This document shows, piece after piece, positions 17,697-27,158 of a stretch of DNA of 64,000 nucleotides (positions within the stretch are counted from its first letter, which is position 1; each line of letters opens with the position of its first letter). The notes below the pieces were generated by a model, which searched no databases, was not told the DNA's origin, and saw only the letters and a program-made list of their open reading frames with translations. Origin of the DNA: Rhodocyclaceae bacterium UBA2271 (GTDB taxonomy: Bacteria > Pseudomonadota > Gammaproteobacteria > Burkholderiales > Rhodocyclaceae); the NCBI GenBank assembly GCA_002347405.1, contig DDXB01000047.1:26690-90689 (forward strand). Reading direction: 5' to 3'. A program made the translations under genes and the position numbers.

Positions 17697-20054
17697 TCAG
17701 TTTCCTGTCTGATCAGCCGTTGCTGCTGTTTCGTGCTTCTTCTTCAGCAGCAGCGCGGCTAGTGCCGGCAGCAGCAGCAACGCCCCCAGCATATTGACGA
17801 GGAACATGAAGGCCAGCAGGATGCCCATGTCAGCCTGGAATTTGAGTGCCGAAAAGGCCCAGGTGCCCACGCCGATGGCCATCGTTGCGGCGGTGAACGC
17901 GATTGCCGTGCCGCGTTGGCGGAGCGCCAGATAGAAGGCAGTGGACAGTTTGCGGCCACGCGCCATGGCGTTGGCCATGCGTTCGTAAAGATAGATGCCG
18001 TAGTCGACGCCGACGCCGACGCCGAGGGCGATCACCGGCAGCGTCGATACCTTGAGGCCAATGCCGAGCAGCGCCATCAGCGCATTGCAGAGTACGGCGA
18101 CGATGGTCAGCGGCAGGACGATGCAGAGGGTCGCCTGCCAGGAGCGGAACTCGAGGAAGCACAACAGGCTGATCGAACCGAACAGCAGCAGCAGCATGGT
18201 GACTTCGGCGGCATCGACCGCCTCGTTGGTCGCCACCATGACCCCCACATTGCCCGAGGCCAGCTTGAATTCGAGGTTTTCCGAGGGGTTCGCCGCGATG
18301 AATTTCTTGATCTCCTTGACGATGTGCGCAATCGTCGTGCCCTGATGGTCGTGGGTGAAAATCATCACCTGCATCGAATTGCAATCGGTGTTGAGCAAGC
18401 CGGTGCTGGTGTCGATCGGCGTCACCGACTGGGCGAGGATCGATGGGTCGCGCGACAGGACGCGCCAGCGCGGGTTGCCTTCGTTCCATCCGGCATTGAC
18501 GATCTTCGCCATGCCGGGCAGCGACAGCACACCCTGCACGCCGTGGACGTTCTTCATCGTCATTTCGAAGCGGTCGATCAGGCTCATGACATCGTGATGC
18601 GTGCAGGCGCCATCGACGTTGCGCGACTGGGCGATGACCGACAGCACATCGACGCCAATCGAGAACGAATCAACGATCGCCGCGGTATCGCGGTTGTAGC
18701 GGGAGTCGTCGTGCAGTTCCGGAATGCCCTTGCCCAGATCGCCGGTGCGCAGGTCGCGCGCCAACCAGGTGGCTGTCGCCAGCAGCAGCGCTGCCAGCAA
18801 CAGCACGCGCAACGCCAGGCGCGGTTCGGCAAAGCGCTTGAGCGACATCCAGAGTCGGTCGCCGCCGCGTTTCTTGCCGCTTGAACGCTTTATTTCATCG
18901 GGTGACAGGCTCATCCAGGAGAGCAGGATCGTCAGCAGCATCTTGTTGGTGACGATCATCAGTGCTACGCCGAGGCTGGCGGTGATCGCCAGTTCGCGCA
19001 CGATGTCGATCTGGATGTAGAGGATGACGATGAAACCGAGCGCATTGGCGAGCAGGGCCATCGCGCCCGGCATGAACAGCTTGAGGAACGAGTTGTGCGC
19101 GGCGGCCAGTCCGTCGACGCCATTCAGCACCTCGATTTGCCAGGCATTTGTCATCTGCACGGCATGACTGACGCCGATCGAGAAGATCAGGAACGGCACC
19201 AGGATCGACAGGGGGTCGATGCCGAAGCCGAGCAGCGGCAGCAAGCCGAGCAGCCAGATCACCGGAATCATCGCGCAGACCAGCGCCACGGCGCTCAACT
19301 TGGCGGAGCCGGAATACCAGTACAGCAGCGCTGCGGTGATCGCGAAAGCAATCACGAAAAACTCCAGCACTCCGCGTGCACCCTCGGTAATGTCGCCGAC
19401 CGCCTTGGCGAAGCCGATGATGTGCACCTTGAGTCCGGATTCCTTTTGATGGGTGGCGCGGATCTTCTCGAGTTGTTCCGATACCGCGACATAGTCCAGC
19501 CTGGCGCCGGTCGTCGGGTCAATTTCCAACAGTTCGGCGCTGACCAGCGCCCCCCTGAAGTCATTCGATACCAGCCGGCCGACGCGGCCCGATTTGAGCA
19601 CGTTGGCGCGCACGGTCTCCATGTCTTCGGCGCTGCCGCTGAAATCGGCCGGAATGATGTTGCCACCCGCGAAGCCGTCCTCGACCACCTCGATGAAGCG
19701 GGCGTTCGGCGTAAATAACGAGGTCACCGTGGCGCGATCGACGCCGGGGATGAAGAACACTGCGTCGGTCACCGCCTTGAGCGTTTGTAAAAACTCGGGG
19801 TTGTAGATGTCCCCTTCCTGCTGGCGCAAGGCGACCAGAATGCGGTTGGCACCGCCGAAGGTCTTCTGGTACGCAGTGAACGTCTGCATGTATTCATGCT
19901 TGAGCGGGATCATCTTCTCGAAACCCGCGTCGACCCGCAGATGGGTAGCCGACCAGATCAGCCCGACAGTGATCAGCACAAACAGGGCCAGGAAGCTGCG
20001 CCGCCATGAAAACAGCAGGTTCCCGATGGCGCGCACGACCAGGTTCGCGGTCAT
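17697..20054 (-). CDS. RND-superfamily (MMPL-like) inner-membrane transporter
   Basis: 785 aa with a 2 x (TM + large loop + 5 TM) organisation. It is the last gene of the DUF1302-DUF1329-BNR-RND module. Confidence 0.8.
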   Translation of the reverse strand: MTANLVVRAIGNLLFSWRRSFLALFVLITVGLIWSATHLRVDAGFEKMIPLKHEYMQTFTAYQKTFGGANRILVALRQQEGDIYNPEFLQTLKAVTDAVFFIPGVDRATVTSLFTPNARFIEVVEDGFAGGNIIPADFSGSAEDMETVRANVLKSGRVGRLVSNDFRGALVSAELLEIDPTTGARLDYVAVSEQLEKIRATHQKESGLKVHIIGFAKAVGDITEGARGVLEFFVIAFAITAALLYWYSGSAKLSAVALVCAMIPVIWLLGLLPLLGFGIDPLSILVPFLIFSIGVSHAVQMTNAWQIEVLNGVDGLAAAHNSFLKLFMPGAMALLANALGFIVILYIQIDIVRELAITASLGVALMIVTNKMLLTILLSWMSLSPDEIKRSSGKKRGGDRLWMSLKRFAEPRLALRVLLLAALLLATATWLARDLRTGDLGKGIPELHDDSRYNRDTAAIVDSFSIGVDVLSVIAQSRNVDGACTHHDVMSLIDRFEMTMKNVHGVQGVLSLPGMAKIVNAGWNEGNPRWRVLSRDPSILAQSVTPIDTSTGLLNTDCNSMQVMIFTHDHQGTTIAHIVKEIKKFIAANPSENLEFKLASGNVGVMVATNEAVDAAEVTMLLLLFGSISLLCFLEFRSWQATLCIVLPLTIVAVLCNALMALLGIGLKVSTLPVIALGVGVGVDYGIYLYERMANAMARGRKLSTAFYLALRQRGTAIAFTAATMAIGVGTWAFSALKFQADMGILLAFMFLVNMLGALLLLPALAALLLKKKHETAATADQTGN

Positions 20055-21034
20055 GGTTGCCCCCCGCGCGGCAACACGATGCGCGTTGGACCTCCCTCAC
20101 CAAAAACCAGAACGGTGTCCCCGCCACTAATTGCCACGTCTTTCTGCAAGGGGCGTTGCACCGAACTCAGGGTGCGGCTGGCTTGTATCGCTACACGCTT
20201 GAAGGAGCGGCCGTCATCACGGCTGACGAGGACGGTTCCGTTCTGGCCAACCAGCACGACCATGCCATCATCGTGGGTCAGTCCGCCGAACAAGGCGTTT
20301 TCGCTGTCCGAATCCGCCGCTTGCCAGCTGGCTCCGCGATCCTCGCTGCGGAAGATGTTGCCGCGCATGCCAAAGGCCAGAACACCGCCCTGGGCCAGCG
20401 GTAGAAGTCCGAAAAACGAACCGGTGTAGGGTGAGGCCAAGTTTTCCCACTGCGTACCGTCATCCACGGATCTCAGCAGAGTGCCCGCCTCGCCGGCCAG
20501 CAACAGCGTGCCGTCCGCAAGGCGCGTCAGCGCGTTGAAATGCCGGTCTCCTGCGGTGATCTTGCGCTCGGCCCAAGTCATGCCGCCATCCAGGCTCTCA
20601 AAAAATGCGCCGTAAGCACCAATCGCGATGGCGCGCTGCCTGTCGGTGAACATGACGCGCAGCAATGGCCGCAACTGTTCCGGGTCGCGAAAAACTTCCT
20701 GCCAGGTACTTCCGCCGTTTTCGCTGCGCAGGATGGTCGCATCGTGGCCGACCGCCAGACCGAGTTGCACATCGGCGAAGGCGACGCTGGTCAGCGTGGC
20801 ATCCGTGGCTGTCGGCACCTGCCGCCAGAGATCGCCTTCATTGTCGGAAACAAAGATGTAGCCGTGCTCGCCCACTGTGACGAGGCGCTGGCCGGTGCGC
20901 TGTGTGTCGAGCAGCAGGGCATTGCCGATATGGATTTCCGTCGCCGGCATCGGCGGGAGCTTGCGCGCCGAAAAGGCGAAGCTCGCCGCCAGTGCGACAA
21001 ATATCGCGAAACCCAGTCCGATAACCCGGTTCAT
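20051..21034 (-). CDS. BNR/Ycf48-like beta-propeller protein, exported
   Basis: 327 aa with an N-terminal signal/anchor and repeated S-x-D-x-G-x-x-W-like (SDNEGDLW, SENGGSTW, SLDGGMTW, SVDDGTQW, SEDRGASW, SRDDGRSF) propeller blades. There is a 4-nt overlap with the RND gene. Confidence 0.75.
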   Translation of the reverse strand: MNRVIGLGFAIFVALAASFAFSARKLPPMPATEIHIGNALLLDTQRTGQRLVTVGEHGYIFVSDNEGDLWRQVPTATDATLTSVAFADVQLGLAVGHDATILRSENGGSTWQEVFRDPEQLRPLLRVMFTDRQRAIAIGAYGAFFESLDGGMTWAERKITAGDRHFNALTRLADGTLLLAGEAGTLLRSVDDGTQWENLASPYTGSFFGLLPLAQGGVLAFGMRGNIFRSEDRGASWQAADSDSENALFGGLTHDDGMVVLVGQNGTVLVSRDDGRSFKRVAIQASRTLSSVQRPLQKDVAISGGDTVLVFGEGGPTRIVLPRGGQP

Positions 21035-21109
21035 TCATTCAATCCAATGGCAAAACCCATCTGCGCGGGCAGACGTCCTGCGCAGATGGGCGTTGGCGGA
21101 ATGGTGCGC

Positions 21110-22465
21110 TTAACGCGTACCAGCGCCTCGCAGGCCGGCCGGCGTGAAGTCCGCCGCGCTGCGCTTGATCTTCTCGTAGACCTTCGACTCTTCGTTGCGC
21201 AGACCCATGGCCAGATAGCGGCCGGATTGCAGGTCATGGTGCACCTCGATCGTGCCGTAAGCCATCGGCACATCGTAGAAGTTGATCGAATGCTGTTCCG
21301 ACACGCGCCACAGTTCGTTGCGGGCATCGTACTTGTCGGTCACCATGACCATCCAGCTATCCTCGTCGATGTAGAAGACGCGTTTCTTGTAGATGTGGCT
21401 GGTGCCTTCCTTCAGCGTTGCCTCGACCACCCAGACCCGGTGCAGTTCATAACGCGCGTGTTCCGGATTGATGTGCCCCGGCTTGAGGACCTCCGCAAGT
21501 TTCAGCTGGTTGCCGGAAATCTTGTAGGAGTTGTAAGGCACATACAGTTCCTGCTTGCCCACCAGTTTCCAGTTGTAGCGGTCGGTTGCCCCGTTGAACA
21601 TGTTGAAGTCATCATTGGTGCGCAGGCCGTCGGCAGCGGTGCCCGGGTTGTCATAGGCGACGTTGGGGGCCAGACGCACGCGCCGCTGACCGGGGTTGTA
21701 GGTCCAGGCGGAGCGTGGCTCCTTGACCTGGTCGACGGGCTCGTGAATCAGCAGGATCTGGCCGGCCAGACGCGCCGGTGCCGTTACCGTCTGCAGGAAG
21801 TGGGCGTGTTTGTTCGGTTCGCGGTCCTTCGCCGGCTTTTCGAGGTTGCCATAGACGAAGTCATATTCGTACTCGAAGCGCACCGGCGTGTAGGCGCCAT
21901 CGCGGGTCACCGCCGCCTGGCTCCAGTTCATTGCGTAGGTGTCGCCCCGGTAGCGCAGGGTGGCGTTCCAGATCGCTTCCAGGCCATCCTTCGGGATCGG
22001 GAACGGCACGCCACCCGTGGTGCCGGTGACGCCGTTGCCGCCGGCGGTCAGTTTGGCGCGGGTCGCGTTGGCGATGGTCTCGTCCAGGTTGCCCTTGGGG
22101 AAGGTGGCACTGCGCTGGGTCGGATAGACGTTCATCTTCCACGTCGGATATTTCTTGAGCAGCGCCATCTGGCCCGGCGTCAGGCTCGCCTTGTACTTCT
22201 CGGCGTTGCTGGCGTCGATCGTGAACAGCGGCTTGTCAGCCGCATAGGGGTCGGGATAGTGGCCACCGGCCACATAACCGGCCACCGGCTTGGTCAGGCC
22301 ACCGGCAAATGCCGGAATGGTACCGGCCGCATTGGCGGCGACTTCGGCCCCCATGGCGGTCAGCGTCTTGCCGAGGGCGGCAGGATCGGCAGCCAGCACC
22401 GATGCCGAGGTGCCGGCGAACGCCAGCACACAGGCGGCGCCCAGCAGGGAAATGGTGTTTTTCAT
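21110..22465 (-). CDS. DUF1329 family periplasmic protein (LolA-like fold family)
   Basis: 451 aa with a signal peptide. The TAMGAEVAANAAGTIPAFAGGL N-terminal block and the overall pattern are as I recall for DUF1329. Confidence 0.75.
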   Translation of the reverse strand: MKNTISLLGAACVLAFAGTSASVLAADPAALGKTLTAMGAEVAANAAGTIPAFAGGLTKPVAGYVAGGHYPDPYAADKPLFTIDASNAEKYKASLTPGQMALLKKYPTWKMNVYPTQRSATFPKGNLDETIANATRAKLTAGGNGVTGTTGGVPFPIPKDGLEAIWNATLRYRGDTYAMNWSQAAVTRDGAYTPVRFEYEYDFVYGNLEKPAKDREPNKHAHFLQTVTAPARLAGQILLIHEPVDQVKEPRSAWTYNPGQRRVRLAPNVAYDNPGTAADGLRTNDDFNMFNGATDRYNWKLVGKQELYVPYNSYKISGNQLKLAEVLKPGHINPEHARYELHRVWVVEATLKEGTSHIYKKRVFYIDEDSWMVMVTDKYDARNELWRVSEQHSINFYDVPMAYGTIEVHHDLQSGRYLAMGLRNEESKVYEKIKRSAADFTPAGLRGAGTR

Positions 22466-22501
22466 ATTGCGAATCTCCTGGTTCTTGGTCGCGTGAACAG
22501 A

Positions 22502-24412
22502 TCAGAACGAATAGCTGACGCTGATCGCGAGGAAGTCACGATCCTTCATCGGGTTGGTGCTGCTGGAGTAGGGCAGGCCGCCTACAGGATCAATTCCGGA
22601 TTCAGTCTTGCCGCCGAAGAAGGCTGTATAGGCAATATCTGCCTGCCAGTTCTGACGGTAGTTGAAACCGACACCTAAAGTCACCGCCTTGGCGCCTTCG
22701 TTGAAGGTCGGGCCGCGGCCATCCACATCATGCGAGAAGGCGACGCGCGGCGAAACCGTTGTAGCGCCAATCGCATTCGGATAATCCAGTCGGCCAACAA
22801 GGCGATAGCCCCAGGAGTTCTTGGTGGCGAAGCAATCGGTTGACGTCGATCCGTTAGAGCTAAACGTGTTGGAACCGGGTTGCGGCAAGTGGCAGCCTGG
22901 TGCTGCGAACTTGAGGTTGGACGGTAAATCTAGATAAGTGTAACCAATCTCACCGACCGTCACCAGTTGTTCAGCGCCAAAGGTTGGGCCGAAAGCCTTG
23001 GTGGCGGTGAACTGAATCTGGTGCATCTTGACTCGGCGATAACCGCTAATTACATCGCCGTAATTATTGAACGTACTTGCTGCGGCAAGGCTTGTCGTCG
23101 TCGATAGCTGGCTCTGCAATCCAAGCGCGGCATTGAGTAACTCAGCTGAGGGAAGCTGCAGCGGTTGATTCTTGCGATAGGAGTATTCGCCCTGCAGTGC
23201 AATGCCTCCTGGCAGTGCAGTGTTGACGCTCACGCCAAACAGCTTGATGTCTTCCGGGTATTCGACAAAGTAGGTTCCCGCATAGCCTCCGGCAGCCGCG
23301 CAAGGACCACCTAAACCACCTAGGCCAGACCCCAAGACAGCAGAAATATCAAACACTGTACATCCGCCAAACGCTACGTTTGCGTTTGATGTAATGCCAC
23401 CGCGATAACCCGAAACAAACGGCGTACGGCTATGGTAGTTGGCATGATAGAACCCCAGTTCAGTGTTGTTCAACTCAGGCAGGAAGTAGCGAAGGGCAAC
23501 GCCATATTGGCCACCGTCCCGTGCGTCGCGGTCACCAGAACGTGGAGCCCAGAGCGCCGCAGTGCCATTGATCGGGAAAGTGCCCAATGCCCCGTTCAGA
23601 TCATTCCTCCGACCAAACCCAGTAAAGGCGCGATCCCCACCTTCGCCGACAAAATCATTGGTGCTGAAGAAGGAACCCACCGGATCGATCTTGGTTTTCT
23701 TCCATTCGGTCGGCAGCGCCACTTCAACCGTAACCTTGTCGGTGATTTCCTGTGATGCGTAGGCCATCATGGTCGGGATGAAGCCTTCCTTCAGTTCCGA
23801 ACCCGGGGCGCGCAGGCGGCTGACATTGACCGGGTTGAGTACGTTGATGCCGTTCTGGATGAAGGTGCTTTCGCCCCAGCTCACCACCTGCTTGCCAAGC
23901 CGCAGGTTGAGGTTGCGGCCGCCGAGGTTGAAGTTGCCGCGCACGTAGGCGTCGAGGATCTCGCCGCCATCACCGAGTTCGTTGCGCGTGGCGGGGAACA
24001 GGTTGCCCTTGTCATGCACAGCGAAGTCGTAGAAATAACTGGCGCGCACGAAGGCGCCGAAATTACGGTACTTGAGTTCGAGGTCGTGGGTGGCCTTCAG
24101 TAGCGTCGACACCACGTCGCCACGGTCGTAGCGCAGGTTGCCGTCATCCGCGTTCGGGTCGCGCGAGGTGCCGCCGTTGGCGATGCTGACCAGGGCTGGA
24201 TCGCGACTTTGCATGCGCCACTGGGCGCCCAGCGAAACGGTGGTATCGAAACTGCCGGTGACTTCACCCGACTTGAACTCGAAGGCGAAGGCCGATGGCG
24301 CTCCGACCATAAGTGCCAATGCAATCGCCGTGCCGATCTTGCTGTGGCGAAACTGTGGCGCGCGCGGACTCCCTGACTCTTGTCTCATGCAATGCTCCTC
24401 CTCAATGATCAT
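22502..24412 (-). CDS. DUF1302 family outer-membrane beta-barrel protein
   Basis: 636 aa with a signal peptide (ALALMVGAPSAFA), alternating beta-strand pattern and a C-terminal aromatic residue (SVSYSF). It is paired with DUF1329 as usual. The start may be the ATG at 24388. Confidence 0.75.
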   Translation of the reverse strand: MIIEEEHCMRQESGSPRAPQFRHSKIGTAIALALMVGAPSAFAFEFKSGEVTGSFDTTVSLGAQWRMQSRDPALVSIANGGTSRDPNADDGNLRYDRGDVVSTLLKATHDLELKYRNFGAFVRASYFYDFAVHDKGNLFPATRNELGDGGEILDAYVRGNFNLGGRNLNLRLGKQVVSWGESTFIQNGINVLNPVNVSRLRAPGSELKEGFIPTMMAYASQEITDKVTVEVALPTEWKKTKIDPVGSFFSTNDFVGEGGDRAFTGFGRRNDLNGALGTFPINGTAALWAPRSGDRDARDGGQYGVALRYFLPELNNTELGFYHANYHSRTPFVSGYRGGITSNANVAFGGCTVFDISAVLGSGLGGLGGPCAAAGGYAGTYFVEYPEDIKLFGVSVNTALPGGIALQGEYSYRKNQPLQLPSAELLNAALGLQSQLSTTTSLAAASTFNNYGDVISGYRRVKMHQIQFTATKAFGPTFGAEQLVTVGEIGYTYLDLPSNLKFAAPGCHLPQPGSNTFSSNGSTSTDCFATKNSWGYRLVGRLDYPNAIGATTVSPRVAFSHDVDGRGPTFNEGAKAVTLGVGFNYRQNWQADIAYTAFFGGKTESGIDPVGGLPYSSSTNPMKDRDFLAISVSYSF

Positions 24413-24595
24413 CCGGATGATCCGGCGATTAGTTGTAACGATCTACGTCTATTATTTTCTCGCCAGCAGCCAATGGCGGTCACCGAAGATGCCGGGTTTG
24501 CAATTCTTTTTTGTGGCGATCCGGACTTCAGTAATTTTGAAGATGATACCGCGCACGTTGATTAGTGGTGTATTTGTTAACTGAAAATATTGCTC

Positions 24596-24623
24596 TTGAC
24601 AGCAAGACTGTTGTTTATATAAT
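24596..24623 (+). promoter_or_regulatory. near-consensus sigma70 promoter of the fadB-fadA-fadD-ACAD operon
   Basis: TTGACA-N16-TATAAT sits in an AT-rich divergent spacer, ~58 nt upstream of the TTG start at 24681. Confidence 0.55.
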
Positions 24624-24640
24624 CAAACGTTCGTTTAAAC
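24621..24640. promoter_or_regulatory. candidate TetR operator (AATCAAACG-TT-CGTTTAAAC)
   Basis: The perfect arms AAACG/CGTTT (24625-24636) start at the last bases of the -10 hexamer, the same placement as at 11053. Confidence 0.5.
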
Positions 24641-24680
24641 ACGCTTAAGTGATACATCTTCGCAGCGAAAGGAGGACCGG

Positions 24681-27080
24681 TTGAAAAAACTGATCGTGAA
24701 AAAGGCTGCCGTGCTGGGTGCGGGGGTCATGGGGGCGCAAATTGCTGCGCATCTCGTCAATGCCAATGTTCCCGTTGTGCTATTCGATCTCCCCGCGAAG
24801 GAGGGCAACAAGAACGGCATTGTCCAGAAGGCCATCGACGGGCTGAAGAAGCTCGAGCCGGCGCCGCTGGGCAGCAAGAGCCGCTTGAAGTTCATCGACG
24901 CGGCCAACTATGACGACCATCTGCCGCTGCTGGCCGATTGCGATCTGGTGATCGAGGCGATTGCCGAACGCACCGACTGGAAGAACGATCTTTACGCGAA
25001 GATCGCGCCGCATCTGGGTGCCAACGCCATCATCGCATCCAATACATCGGGCCTGTCGATCAACATGTTGGCTGAAGGGCTGCCGGCAGAGGTGCGACCG
25101 CGCTTTTGCGGCATACACTTCTTCAACCCGCCGCGCTACATGCACCTGGTCGAGATCATTGCGACCAGGAGCACGGCCCCCGATACTCTGGATGCGCTGG
25201 AAACCTGGCTGACCTCGCGCCTCGGCAAGGGCGTCATCCGTGCGCTGGACACGCCGAACTTCGTGGCCAACCGCATCGGTGTGTTCTCGATTCTCGCCGC
25301 CATGCACCATACCCAGGCTTTCGGTCTCGGTTTCGACGCGGTCGATGCGCTGACCGGCCCGCGCATCGGTCGTCCGAAGAGCGCGACCTATCGCACCGCC
25401 GATGTGGTCGGCCTCGATACGCTGGCGCACGTCGTCAAGACCATGCAGGACACGCTGCCGGATGATCCCTGGCATCGTTATTTCACTTCCCCGGCGTGGC
25501 TCTCCGCGCTGGTCGGAAAAGGTGCGCTGGGCCAAAAAACCAAGTGCGGCATCTTCAGGAAGCAGGGCAAGGAAATCCAGGTGCTCGACCTGGCAGCACA
25601 GGATTACCGCACTTCGGCAGGCGAGGTCGCCGAGGAGGTCGCTGCCATCCTGAAGATCAGGAACCCGGCCGAGAAATTCGCCGCGCTGCGCGCTTCCACC
25701 CACCCGCAGGGGCAGTTCCTCTGGGCGATGTTCCGCGATGTCTTCCACTACTGCGCCGTGCAGCTGGAGCATGTCGCCGACAACGCGCGCGATGTTGATT
25801 TCGCGCTGCGCTGGGGCTTCGGTTGGTCGCAGGGGCCGTTCGAGACCTGGCAACTGGCGGGCTGGTCCGATATCGCCCAAGCCATTGCCGCCGATATCGC
25901 CGCCGGCAAGGCGATGAGCGACACGCCATTGCCGGGATGGGTGCTGGAATCAGGCCGGACGGGCGTGCATACGCCGGAAGGTTCGTATTCGGCCAGCAAG
26001 AACGCCTATGTGGGCCGTTCAAAGCTGCCGGTCTATCAGCGTCAGTTGTTCCCGGAAAGCATAGTCGGCGCTGGCGGTACGGCGCCGGAAAAGTCCGGCG
26101 AGACGCTGTTCGAGAACGACGGCGTGCGCCTGTGGCGGTTGCCGGAGGTCGATGCCGGCATCGGCATCATCTCCTTCAAGTCGAAGATGCACACCGTCGG
26201 CGACGAGGTGCTGGACGGCCTGATTGCCGCCGTGCGCCAGGCCGAGACGAGCCTGGACGGCGTGGTGCTCTGGCACGAGGCGCCGTTTGCCGTCGGCGCC
26301 AATTTGCAGCAGGTGTCCGATGCCTGTGTGGCCGGTCAGTTCGATCTGCTGGAAAAGACCGTCGAGAAATTCCAGCGCGCCGCGCAAACCATCAAGTATT
26401 CACAGCTGCCGGTGGTGACGGCGGTGCAGGGCATGGCGCTGGGTGGCGGCTGCGAATTCCTGATGCATGCCGACAAGCGCGTGATGGCATTGGAAAGCTA
26501 CGTCGGGCTCGTCGAAGCCGGTGTCGGCCTGATTCCGGCGGGCGGTGGCTGCAAGGAATTTGCCGTGCGCGCCGCTGAATGGGCCGCCCAATCGGCCACC
26601 CCGGGCGAAGTGTTCAACTTCCTGCAACCGGCGTTCATGACCATTGCGATGGCGAAAGTCGCCAAGAGCGCGCTGGAGGCCATCGATTTCGGCTTTGCCA
26701 AACCCACCGACACCATCCTCTTCAACGCACACGAACTGCTGCACGTCGCCATTGGCGAAGCGCGCGCGCTGGCGGATGCCGGCTACGCGCCGCCCCTGAT
26801 GGCACGCGGCATTCCGGTTGCCGGCAAGACGGGCATCGCGACCTTCGAAATGATGCTGGTCAATATGAAGGAGGGCGGCATGATCTCGGCGCACGACTAC
26901 AAGGTCGCCAAGTCGGCTGCAATCGCGTTGTGCGGCGGCGAAGTCGAAACCGGCAGCCTGGTCGATGAGGAATGGCTGATCACCACCGAGCGACGCTACT
27001 TCGTCGAGTTGCTGAAGACGCCGGAAACCCAGGCCCGGATCAAGCACATGCTCGAAACCGGCAAGCCCTTGAGGAACTAA
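24681..27080 (+). CDS. 3-hydroxyacyl-CoA dehydrogenase / enoyl-CoA hydratase, 800-aa type (dehydrogenase domain first)
   Basis: 799 aa, TTG start 6 nt after AAAGGAGGA. It has N-terminal GAGVMGAQIA NAD binding and a C-terminal crotonase fold. The inter-domain linker carries a family-A repeat (IVGAGGTA). Confidence 0.85.
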   Translation: MKKLIVKKAAVLGAGVMGAQIAAHLVNANVPVVLFDLPAKEGNKNGIVQKAIDGLKKLEPAPLGSKSRLKFIDAANYDDHLPLLADCDLVIEAIAERTDWKNDLYAKIAPHLGANAIIASNTSGLSINMLAEGLPAEVRPRFCGIHFFNPPRYMHLVEIIATRSTAPDTLDALETWLTSRLGKGVIRALDTPNFVANRIGVFSILAAMHHTQAFGLGFDAVDALTGPRIGRPKSATYRTADVVGLDTLAHVVKTMQDTLPDDPWHRYFTSPAWLSALVGKGALGQKTKCGIFRKQGKEIQVLDLAAQDYRTSAGEVAEEVAAILKIRNPAEKFAALRASTHPQGQFLWAMFRDVFHYCAVQLEHVADNARDVDFALRWGFGWSQGPFETWQLAGWSDIAQAIAADIAAGKAMSDTPLPGWVLESGRTGVHTPEGSYSASKNAYVGRSKLPVYQRQLFPESIVGAGGTAPEKSGETLFENDGVRLWRLPEVDAGIGIISFKSKMHTVGDEVLDGLIAAVRQAETSLDGVVLWHEAPFAVGANLQQVSDACVAGQFDLLEKTVEKFQRAAQTIKYSQLPVVTAVQGMALGGGCEFLMHADKRVMALESYVGLVEAGVGLIPAGGGCKEFAVRAAEWAAQSATPGEVFNFLQPAFMTIAMAKVAKSALEAIDFGFAKPTDTILFNAHELLHVAIGEARALADAGYAPPLMARGIPVAGKTGIATFEMMLVNMKEGGMISAHDYKVAKSAAIALCGGEVETGSLVDEEWLITTERRYFVELLKTPETQARIKHMLETGKPLRN
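26061..26084 (+). repeat. family-A 24-nt unit (2 mismatches), in frame in the 799-aa fadB-type CDS
   Basis: ATAGTCGGCGCTGGCGGTACGGCG is translated IVGAGGTA in the inter-domain linker. Confidence 0.85.
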
Positions 27081-27155
27081 TATGGCCCCCACGCTCACTT
27101 CGTTCGCTACCCCCACGGGGGGCGCTGCCTCCTTCGGGGCGGCCCATCAGGAGGC
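27081..27155 (-). repeat. family-B multi-hairpin element (intergenic copy, right after the fadB-type stop codon)
   Basis: The stem GCCTCCT/AGGAGGC (27127-27155) encloses the loop TCGGGGCGGCCCATC. Upstream is a CCCCC-AC-GGGGGG hairpin, and the terminal ATGGCCCCC abuts TAA. Confidence 0.8.
27127..27155 (+). promoter_or_regulatory. hairpin whose 3' arm is the Shine-Dalgarno (AGGAGG) of the thiolase gene
   Basis: GCCTCCT-15 nt-AGGAGGC. AGGAGG at 27149-27154 lies 4 nt before the ATG at 27159 (10 nt before the ATG at 27165). Confidence 0.5.
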
Positions 27156-27158
27156 ATC

